Shown piece after piece: positions 25,036 through 31,739 of a stretch of 31,739 nucleotides of DNA (positions are counted from its first letter, which is position 1; each line of letters opens with the position of its first letter). Location of the stretch: positions 1-31,739 of IMG/VR virus record IMGVR_UViG_3300035164_000012, one strand, 5' to 3'. The notes below the pieces were generated by a model. The model did not search any database and was not told the origin of the DNA. It saw only the letters and a program-made list of their open reading frames with translations. This stretch comes from a virus. Taxonomy: Duplodnaviria > Caudoviricetes. A program made the translations under genes and the position numbers.

Positions 25036-25647
25036 TTAGAATAAACTTAGTTGTTCTACTGGTATCGGTAGTCTGTTTTCATCACCCCATTGATCTCCGA
25101 ATGCATTTGCAATACCATCAAATGTCATACTTCTATTTTTTGCATTATTATCTTTTGCATACCAGGCAGGTAATTTTTTACCACTAGGAGATATATAAAA
25201 TTCACCCTTATCTACTATTTTTGTAGGTCTAAGTAATGGTAAATTCTTTAACCATAAACAGGTAGATTTTTGGTATGGATCTCCATATTCATAAGGTTGT
25301 ATTATCTGATCTGGTGGCCTAATTGCACTACTTATAACAGATATAGGATTTTCTATACACCATCTTGGTATGTTGCAGTTCATAAGTAAACGTACAAAAT
25401 CTAATGCTTCTTTCTGTTCTTTCTTTTTTCTATAAAAGTGTTTAGCACCACTACAAGCAAGGTGCTGACAACTAGGATGTGCCACCATTAAATCAAAACC
25501 ATCATTGATAATATCTCTTACATCACCCTGATAATGTTTACCTGGTCTTTCTGTTGGTAAAAAATCACAACTTATAGCATCATGTCCATTTCTAATAAAA
25601 CTGTCTCTTGTCTTACCGCTATATTCACAGGCTACCAATACCTTCAT
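25036..25647 (-). CDS. DNA cytosine-5 methyltransferase-like protein (short phage type)
   Basis: VLVACEYSG (motif I variant), DLMVAHPSC (motif IV), IENP (motif VI), K.TCLWL, RS.TF.GIA.A...QW (motif X). Confidence 0.75.
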   Translation of the reverse strand: MKVLVACEYSGKTRDSFIRNGHDAISCDFLPTERPGKHYQGDVRDIINDGFDLMVAHPSCQHLACSGAKHFYRKKKEQKEALDFVRLLMNCNIPRWCIENPISVISSAIRPPDQIIQPYEYGDPYQKSTCLWLKNLPLLRPTKIVDKGEFYISPSGKKLPAWYAKDNNAKNRSMTFDGIANAFGDQWGDENRLPIPVEQLSLF

Positions 25648-25985
25648 TTTATTAATCTTGCATACTGTTCAATAGTCATAACAACACGCCAATTATCACC
25701 TTCTTTGCATCCAGGTCTTTTATTAAATCTAACCATAGTTATAGCATGGTCTACTTTTGCATTTAGTCTTTGCTGTTCTGCTTCTCTAGGTTTTCTAAGT
25801 ACTGCTTCACTTTTATTTTTCATATCCGTTACTTGTACAACAGTATTAGGTATTCCTATGAGATCCCCCTTGTCTAACTCCATACCTGCCCCGAAACGTC
25901 TTTCAACTATATGACCTGTAGCTGCTGATAGATATATACAGGCTTCTCTTTCTGCCCTATCGCCCTTATTCTTTTGTAAGTTCAT
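25644..25985 (-). CDS. Hjc-like Holliday junction resolvase / nuclease-fold protein
   Basis: KNKGDRAERE, DKGDLIG and WRVVMT motifs. The expected ExK reads QVT. Confidence 0.6.
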   Translation of the reverse strand: MNLQKNKGDRAEREACIYLSAATGHIVERRFGAGMELDKGDLIGIPNTVVQVTDMKNKSEAVLRKPREAEQQRLNAKVDHAITMVRFNKRPGCKEGDNWRVVMTIEQYARLIK

Positions 25986-26251
25986 TTTTCTAATTCTTTA
26001 ATTTTCTTTTTAAGTGCTTCATATTCAACTAAATATTCTTTTGTAACAAACTCTGATTTATGGTTAAACAAATATCTATCACTTAAAGCACCTAATTTTA
26101 TATATAAATCATTAATAATTTTTTGTTTTGCCTGTTTAAATTCTTTATTTAATGCATCTTCTTCTTTAGGTTTTTTTGACCAATCAGAAACTAAAGTAAG
26201 TAACTCTTTTACACGCTGTAATGCATTTAATATACGTTCTGATGTTTTCAT
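25982..26251 (-). CDS. Hypothetical helical protein (89 aa)
   Basis: Start moved to ATG 26251 (ATGA overlap with upstream stop). Confidence 0.7.
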   Translation of the reverse strand: MKTSERILNALQRVKELLTLVSDWSKKPKEEDALNKEFKQAKQKIINDLYIKLGALSDRYLFNHKSEFVTKEYLVEYEALKKKIKELEK

Positions 26252-26562
26252 CTTATAGACCATGTAAAACCTGTTTCTATTTTAGTTGCTATTCCTTCTT
26301 CTCTTTCCTGTTGTTCTTTATCTTCAATAGCATTCATCATATCTTTTCTAAATTGATTTGTAGTATTACTATATTCCCATTTTTCTGGTTTACGTTTACG
26401 TGTTGCCTTAACACCTTCAATACTAAAAGTACTCATAATAATACTATCCAAGTAATATTTTTCTAACACCATCTTCTTCTCTGTTATCTGCATATCTATT
26501 TCTTTTTTCTGTAGTTGCAGTACTTTAAGTTGTCGTAACAATTGTTCTGGTTGTGCGTTCAT
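26248..26562 (-). CDS. Hypothetical coiled-coil protein (104 aa)
   Basis: Start moved to ATG 26562 (MNAQPEQLL), 2 nt after the upstream stop. Confidence 0.7.
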   Translation of the reverse strand: MNAQPEQLLRQLKVLQLQKKEIDMQITEKKMVLEKYYLDSIIMSTFSIEGVKATRKRKPEKWEYSNTTNQFRKDMMNAIEDKEQQEREEGIATKIETGFTWSIR

Positions 26563-26564
26563 AA

Positions 26565-26723
26565 TTAAATAGTAAATTCTGTATATTCTTTTGGTTGCCA
26601 ATCATCAGGTAGATGGTAAAGCCATTCAAGAAACATTCTTGCAGCGTTCATAACTTGTTTATCATCAAATTTTGCTAACCATTCTTCTCTTTCAATGGCT
26701 TCTAGTTCTTCTTCAAAACTCAT
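26565..26723 (-). CDS. Small acidic hypothetical protein (52 aa)
   Basis: Start moved to ATG 26723 (MSFEEELEAI), downstream of the 26758-26786 promoter. Confidence 0.7.
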   Translation of the reverse strand: MSFEEELEAIEREEWLAKFDDKQVMNAARMFLEWLYHLPDDWQPKEYTEFTI

Positions 26724-26757
26724 GACATTAAAAGGTAAAAAACAATAGCTTTTACAT

Positions 26758-26786
26758 AGTATGGGGTATACCCCTGCATTATGCAA
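26758..26786 (-). promoter_or_regulatory. Promoter TTGCAT-17-CATACT with GGGGTATACCCC operator
   Basis: Perfect 12-bp palindrome at 26763-26774 overlaps the spacer and -10. Confidence 0.7.
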
Positions 26787-26800
26787 GCCTTACTTTTATA

Positions 26801-27499
26801 TTAGCTATTTTTATTTAATTTACTCTTGATAGGCTTTTTTCCTTCAAACTTTGTACCTTTTTTATTAAATAGTTTTTTGAATCTTCCTATAAGCTGTTTA
26901 AACAATGGTTTTAGAACTCTATTTAACAAAGGTGTTAATGTAGCAGCCGTTGTTGCGACTACTGTTATAGCGAATGTTGAGCTAACTGTATTTATGCTTG
27001 GTAGGTATTTTTCAACTGCTGACGTGCTAGCCCACTGTACTACACATTCTTTTGTTTCTTCTACCCATACAAAACCAGTTACTTTTTCTGTACCTTTTGC
27101 ATTTAAATCACCAATTCTAGGGTTATTCTTTTTAGGGTCTGGACACTCTACCTTATTTTCTTCTGGTATTTTAGGTACTTTTGGCTCTTCTAAATCAGTT
27201 TCAGGTGCTTCTACGTTTGTAGGTGGTTTTGCTTCCTCTACAAGCAATATTTTTTTCTTGTCATACTGCAAGGGTACATAAGAAGGCAATGGACACACAA
27301 ACCTATTACCGCTAGGGTCATCTATAAATAACTGATTGTTTTTTGTACCATCATTTCTAAAGGTAACGCATGGCATTGATAGTGTTGGCGGCAATGTCCT
27401 TGTTATATGCTTTGTATTAGGTAAAGATTGCTCTACAGGTATATTTATAATTGGTATGCGTGGTATTGCTGAACTAGGTATTGTATCTATTTCTGGCAT
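26801..27499 (-). CDS. Pro-rich, 4-Cys protein with C-terminal membrane anchor
   Basis: Pro-rich N-terminal two-thirds, two Cys pairs, hydrophobic TFAITVVATTAATLTPLL, amphipathic basic tail. Confidence 0.75.
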   Translation of the reverse strand: MPEIDTIPSSAIPRIPIINIPVEQSLPNTKHITRTLPPTLSMPCVTFRNDGTKNNQLFIDDPSGNRFVCPLPSYVPLQYDKKKILLVEEAKPPTNVEAPETDLEEPKVPKIPEENKVECPDPKKNNPRIGDLNAKGTEKVTGFVWVEETKECVVQWASTSAVEKYLPSINTVSSTFAITVVATTAATLTPLLNRVLKPLFKQLIGRFKKLFNKKGTKFEGKKPIKSKLNKNS

Positions 27500-27732
27500 T
27501 AGATACTAAGCTTAGTTTTTGGTTTTGCAGGTAATGCAGGTTGTGTAAATCTTGGTATTTCTTTGTTTATTAAATTAGGCATATTACCTGTTAGTTCATC
27601 TAATATTTGTTTTTTAATTTTTTCTTGTCCTTTTGGACTTGTTATGTACTTGTAACCAAAGTAAACTGTAGTAATAGAGCCTAGTGTTAACACAAATGTA
27701 ATACAGGCAATAGCATTAATTATTTTTTGCAT
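27499..27732 (-). CDS. N-terminal TM protein with Pro-rich tail (77 aa)
   Basis: MQKIINAIACITFVLTLGSITTVYFGY, TAATG-coupled to the Pro-rich gene. Confidence 0.75.
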   Translation of the reverse strand: MQKIINAIACITFVLTLGSITTVYFGYKYITSPKGQEKIKKQILDELTGNMPNLINKEIPRFTQPALPAKPKTKLSI

Positions 27733-27865
27733 GATAAAACAAGCATTTTTAAAGGCATTAGTACCTGTAACTATTATAACTTTTATGGCTTTATGTGCTA
27801 TAGCTCCATTATGGGTCAGCTTGTCTTTAATGACAAAGCAAATAGAAAAGCATAAGGTTAATTAA
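27731..27865 (+). CDS. Small single-TM protein (44 aa)
   Basis: Not in the ORF track. MIKQAFLKALVPVTIITFMALCAIAPLWVSLSLMTKQIEKHKVN fills the whole gap between two minus-strand genes. Confidence 0.6.
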   Translation: MIKQAFLKALVPVTIITFMALCAIAPLWVSLSLMTKQIEKHKVN

Positions 27866-28031
27866 GCATTTCTTTTAATGCTTTGATAGCACCCTGATCT
27901 TCTAATAAAGGCTGTTGTAAAGCGTTTCTTTCATCTCTTAGTTTTCCTATTTCTTGATCTAGTTTTTGTGCTTTTGCAAGATTTTCATCAAACCTATTTT
28001 GTATTTCAGTTAGCTTTTGATTAATTTCCAT
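27858..28031 (-). CDS. Small coiled-coil protein (57 aa)
   Basis: Not in the ORF track. MEINQKLTEIQNRFDENLAKAQKLDQEIGKLRDERNALQQPLLEDQGAIKALKEMLN. Confidence 0.7.
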   Translation of the reverse strand: MEINQKLTEIQNRFDENLAKAQKLDQEIGKLRDERNALQQPLLEDQGAIKALKEMLN

Positions 28032-28116
28032 AATAATAAATTTAAGTTATAGCTAAAGTATACCCTGTTTTTACAATATTAGTAATTCTTGCAACAAGTA
28101 TTTGTTTTAATAGTAA

Positions 28117-28452
28117 TTAAAATGCAACTCCTTCTGCCTGTACAGGCGTATTAATTAAATCAATTTCTGCTTTTAAGCTTGTTTCTATAGCTGTAACAGC
28201 ATCAGTTCCAAGTGCATTTTTAACCCAAGAAACCATTGTTGCACTATCTGGTGTTTTTTTAGATGTATCAAAAGCGATAAAATCAGATGGCAATGATTCA
28301 GGCTTAGTAAAAACTACCTCTCCAGTACGTCTTGCCTTTTCTTCTGTGCCATCAATACCTTTTACTCTATATACAACATTTGTAAAATATCCATCAGCAA
28401 CATCTCTTTTACATTGTGTGCCGTTTATTTCCCATGTGCAAGTGATAGCCAT
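28117..28452 (-). CDS. Tail-fibre-associated hypothetical protein
   Basis: MAITCTWEI...V.YRV.G...FIAF...WVKNALG...GVAF pattern, recalled downstream of fibre genes in marine phages. Confidence 0.6.
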   Translation of the reverse strand: MAITCTWEINGTQCKRDVADGYFTNVVYRVKGIDGTEEKARRTGEVVFTKPESLPSDFIAFDTSKKTPDSATMVSWVKNALGTDAVTAIETSLKAEIDLINTPVQAEGVAF

Positions 28453-28509
28453 ATTAAATAAATTTCTGTATATATCAAGAATATATTAAATGTTAATAAT
28501 ATTCAATAA

Positions 28510-28902
28510 TTATTTTTGATTTGCTATGTAATTTATAAATTCTTCTGACAATAAAAACATCCATTTTCCATCTATTATTTTATTTTTAGTTAATGTATTA
28601 CTTAAATATGTCGAATCGACATCAGATGTTTTCAAAAAAGTATCAATACTATCTTGTGAAACATGACCTGTAATAACATTTTTCGTTATTAAACTATTTA
28701 TTATATTTTTTGCTTCCTCTTCAGTAAATCCAGAATCTAATACATCTTGAGAAGTAAAAGTAATACCATATCCAGCACCATTAACACTTGAATCTATATT
28801 TAAATAACCTTTTGAAGAGTCTGTAAACTTACTAAAATCTATAGTGCCACATTCAGCAACTTTTAATTCATCTTCTAATAAATTACTAAAATTATCTGTC
28901 AT
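28510..28902 (-). CDS. Hypothetical acidic protein
   Basis: 130 aa, very AT-rich, TAATG-coupled to the oxygenase. Confidence 0.65.
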   Translation of the reverse strand: MTDNFSNLLEDELKVAECGTIDFSKFTDSSKGYLNIDSSVNGAGYGITFTSQDVLDSGFTEEEAKNIINSLITKNVITGHVSQDSIDTFLKTSDVDSTYLSNTLTKNKIIDGKWMFLLSEEFINYIANQK

Positions 28903-29456
28903 TATCTAAAATTCCTTCCGTTCATCCATGCTACTAAACTATATCTTGTACCTTTAGTTATTGGTTTAACCCTATGTTTAACCCATGCAGGGAAAATAGC
29001 TACAGTTCCAGCTTTTAACTCAACTGTGAATGATTCCATTTGCATTGGGTTAGCTATCTCTAACTCACCGCCCTCGAAATCGTCATTTAGTAATAATGAC
29101 ATTGATAATTTTCTAGAATAATCCTCTTTATTATTAGATTTTACTGGAAGCATATCTGTATGCCAACCATAATAATCATTTAAACCATATCTAGTAACTT
29201 GTATTCCAGAATCAAAATGGTTCAAATCATAATTAAAATAGTGATTATTTGCACTTATAAAAATATTGTGAATAATACCAGCAATCCATGTATCCCATTG
29301 TAGCCAGTGTTGTTTAGATTGCCTTGCATATTGACCTTCAGTTTGAAAAGTTTTACTATCTACAAAATGTAAATTTTTACATTGATTATACATTTCATTT
29401 AGTATTATTTTTGGTAGTTTCGGATCTACAGTATATAAAAATTTTTCAGTAAACAT
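28902..29456 (-). CDS. 2OG-Fe(II) oxygenase (prolyl-4-hydroxylase / PKHD-like)
   Basis: WHTD (HxD), RKLSMSLLLNDDFEGGEL, HRVKP (distal His), GTRYSLVAW (RxS). Confidence 0.92.
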   Translation of the reverse strand: MFTEKFLYTVDPKLPKIILNEMYNQCKNLHFVDSKTFQTEGQYARQSKQHWLQWDTWIAGIIHNIFISANNHYFNYDLNHFDSGIQVTRYGLNDYYGWHTDMLPVKSNNKEDYSRKLSMSLLLNDDFEGGELEIANPMQMESFTVELKAGTVAIFPAWVKHRVKPITKGTRYSLVAWMNGRNFR

Positions 29457-30355
29457 TAGGGTGCATTACCTGTAAGGGTTCCTGAGTTGCTTAAAGTATA
29501 ACTAACGCCAGATAATTCAATATATTTACCGCCTGCCCCTCCATTACTACGATCAGAATTTGTCCCAGCATTACCAAATGAACCGCCTGCCCCTCCATTA
29601 CTACCAGTACCACCTGCTGTGGGTGCTTGAGCATAAAAAGGACTAAATAAAGCGCAAAGCGCAGCATTGTCACTACCATAACTACCCTGTGGATTTATAG
29701 CGCCACCTGGTGCGCCTGCTTGTCCGCTAGTTGCAGGGCTGTTATAACCTTGACCATTACCACCATTACCACCTGCACCACCTGCACCTCCATAACACTG
29801 CAAAGCACCATCAATATAACCATTTGTACCTGGGCCGCCATCATTACCTTTACCGCCTCCACCTCCGCCGCCTCTAATAGTACCTGAGTTAGTAACAGTT
29901 ACATTTGAGGAAGCAATAAAAATAGCTGAACCGCCAGCACCGCCAGCATTTGAATTAGTACTACCTGCACCACCTGCCCCTGATATAGTTCCAGCGTTTT
30001 GTATATTAAGAGTTCCACCCATACCTGAAGGAACTGTTATTGCTCTGTTACCAGTGCCACCTGTAGCACCAATTTCAGCACCAATAGGAATAACTAAAAT
30101 CTTAGTTGTATTTGAAGTAAAATTACTACTGCCAAATTCAGTAGATACATTCACGTTAGTATCACCATTACTTAAGGTTTCAGTTAAGGCTGCTGAAGCA
30201 CCATACCATTCACTAAAACTCATTGTAGCTTCAGAACTTTTACTAATTAAAGCTCTTATATCTGAATCATTTAATGAAGCTTGTGTACCAGATGAGCCAC
30301 CTGCCTCAATATGAATTTCATTAAGACTAATAGCTCCTGAACTAGGTAATGCCAT
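29456..30355 (-). CDS. Glycine-rich tail-fibre tip adhesin (T-even gp38-like)
   Basis: Short N-domain ending SFSEWYG, then LNIQNAGTISGAGGAG, GGAGGSAI, NSGTIRGGGGGGG and further GGxGG motifs. Directly follows the S74 fibre. Confidence 0.75.
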   Translation of the reverse strand: MALPSSGAISLNEIHIEAGGSSGTQASLNDSDIRALISKSSEATMSFSEWYGASAALTETLSNGDTNVNVSTEFGSSNFTSNTTKILVIPIGAEIGATGGTGNRAITVPSGMGGTLNIQNAGTISGAGGAGSTNSNAGGAGGSAIFIASSNVTVTNSGTIRGGGGGGGKGNDGGPGTNGYIDGALQCYGGAGGAGGNGGNGQGYNSPATSGQAGAPGGAINPQGSYGSDNAALCALFSPFYAQAPTAGGTGSNGGAGGSFGNAGTNSDRSNGGAGGKYIELSGVSYTLSNSGTLTGNAP

Positions 30356-31739
30356 TATTTAGCCCTTTTAAATTCTTCGACTTCTACTTTTAACTCTTTT
30401 ATAGCTTCTATAAGAACGCCTACCATTTTTCCATAATCAACAGATTGAACATCTTTTCCATGATGTGTACTTGTTTGTACAACTTCAGGTATTATTTCCT
30501 CTACTTCTTGTGCAATAACACCAATACTAGGCTGATTATTTTCTTTCCATTTATATGAAACACCTCTTAATTTTCTAACAGTGCTAAGTGCATTTTTAAT
30601 TGTTGATACATCTTTTTTAAGTTTAATATCAGAAAATGCAGTAATATTACCTGTAGCAGTTAAAGCACCTGTAACTGTTACACCTGCACTTGTAGTTTCA
30701 AACTTTTTACTGTTGTCGTAACGTAACTCTACAGTTCCATTAGGTACAAATTTAGCTATAGCGTCAGAATTATGTAAAATTTCTAAATTAAAAGCATTAG
30801 CTAAATTAATAGCATTAATAGTTGTATTATGATAAATTTCTAGATCGGTTCCAGCACCAAATAGTAGCTTTTTATGATCAGCAATAAAAACACTATCAGA
30901 AACATCTAATATTCCTGTTATATCTACGCCGTTGCTTTTTGTTTCTAGTTTTGTACTGTTGTCATATCTAAGTTGTACTTTGCCATTAGCAATGGCGTAA
31001 ATCATATATTCATTGCCAGCTTGATTTAAAATATAAATTGTATCTTGTTCAAGGAATAAAGGCCTACTATTTAGTGATTGTAGATAGTTACTATTATCTG
31101 ATAGATTGTGATAAATTTCTAAATCTGACCCTGTACCAAATATTGCTTTTCTATTATCTTGGAACAATAGGTTGCCACCATTTCCTAGTGACATTCTTAA
31201 GTTGTTATTAGTATAAAATTCTAATGATCCAGCATTTTCCTGTAACTTAGGACTAAAACCATCTGGGTTAGAGAAAAATATTGCTCCACCATCAGTACCA
31301 ACAGTTAAATTTCCAAAAAGTTGTGCACCCGCACTTTGAGTCTCAAACTTTTTACTGTTGTCGTAGTATAACTGTACGTTTCCATCATGGGTAACAATAA
31401 TTCCATCTTCATTGTCATGTGGTTGTATATAGATATTACTACCAACATCTGAATTTACGTTAGTTCTAATCGCTAAATGACCTGTATTATTATCTAAGTA
31501 TGTATTAGTTCCGTTGTGGTAAATTACAAAATCTCCACTATTACCAAACTGTACTGAGTTGCTGTCATCAATATTAATATTATGACCATTCGCATCTAAA
31601 GCACCACCTAGCTCTGGTGAGGTATCTTCTACTAAGCTTGAAATACCACTACCAGCATTTGCATCTACATAAGCTTTAACTGATTGTTGAGTTGGTACTT
31701 TTGTTGCTGAATTACTAGAAAAATTATCTTCATCTACAA
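30355..31739 (-). CDS. Tail fibre, C-terminal part with S74 intramolecular chaperone
   Basis: Frame is open from the window edge to 30355 (the track starts it at an internal Met at 31194). Three IYHN...YDNSxKxET modules, cleavage motif AFSDIKLKKDV, GVIAQEV, VDYGK, terminal coiled coil. Confidence 0.9.
   Translation of the reverse strand, partial: VDEDNFSSNSATKVPTQQSVKAYVDANAGSGISSLVEDTSPELGGALDANGHNINIDDSNSVQFGNSGDFVIYHNGTNTYLDNNTGHLAIRTNVNSDVGSNIYIQPHDNEDGIIVTHDGNVQLYYDNSKKFETQSAGAQLFGNLTVGTDGGAIFFSNPDGFSPKLQENAGSLEFYTNNNLRMSLGNGGNLLFQDNRKAIFGTGSDLEIYHNLSDNSNYLQSLNSRPLFLEQDTIYILNQAGNEYMIYAIANGKVQLRYDNSTKLETKSNGVDITGILDVSDSVFIADHKKLLFGAGTDLEIYHNTTINAINLANAFNLEILHNSDAIAKFVPNGTVELRYDNSKKFETTSAGVTVTGALTATGNITAFSDIKLKKDVSTIKNALSTVRKLRGVSYKWKENNQPSIGVIAQEVEEIIPEVVQTSTHHGKDVQSVDYGKMVGVLIEAIKELKVEVEEFKRAK
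31606..31739. repeat. Terminal direct repeat, right copy
   Basis: Matches 1-134, exact over the last 126 bp. Confidence 0.95.

Noticed and set aside
17818-26786. Longest-ORF starts in the track for 17818-18528, 18500-18697, 22754-23020, 23092-23280, 24200-24385, 25982-26263, 26248-26601 and 26565-26786
   Set aside because: The extensions run through promoters or neighbouring genes. Downstream ATGs give clean stop/start coupling or follow SD sites.
18296-30314. Other overlapping ORFs (18296-18544, 21022-21231, 22415-22696, 24945-25187, 25582-25914, 26221-26466, 26826-27281, 29491-29679, 30054-30314)
   Set aside because: Antisense or out-of-frame shadows of stronger genes, with no independent support.
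31606-31739. Terminal repeat as a biological DTR (T7-like ends)
   Set aside because: It falls mid-gene, its length is typical of assembler k-mer overlap, and the terminase is lambda/cos type with a cos-like site elsewhere.

Overview
This window is most likely a complete, circularly permuted ~31.6 kb AT-rich tailed-phage genome: bases 9-134 recur exactly at 31614-31739, and one tail-fibre ORF reads in frame across that join. The architecture is lambda-like (siphovirus): gpA/Nu1-type terminase, cos-like site, lambda-type portal, gpW/FII/U/Z-like neck proteins, tail tube, frameshifting tail chaperone and a short tape measure. Other modules are a protease-capsid polyprotein, ERF/SSB/PD-(D/E)XK recombination genes, an initiator-type replication gene, a C5-methyltransferase-like gene, an S74-chaperoned tail fibre followed by a gp38-like Gly-rich adhesin, and a 2OG-Fe(II) oxygenase. 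Low GC and several small ORF types recalled from marine cyanophages suggest a Prochlorococcus-like host (inference). I recognise no integrase, repressor, DNA polymerase, endolysin, tRNA or photosynthesis gene. Best leads: (1) a split cluster of about nine secreted or membrane proteins of unknown function, including a possible half-TolC-like outer-membrane protomer; (2) a 109-nt multi-stem RNA closing the putative early operon; (3) a ~50-nt sRNA with its own promoter and a C-rich loop; (4) a GGGTATACCC palindromic operator in three promoter-like regions; (5) an array of small genes joined by a conserved 18-bp junction. All protein family calls come from motif recognition by eye, not from database searches.
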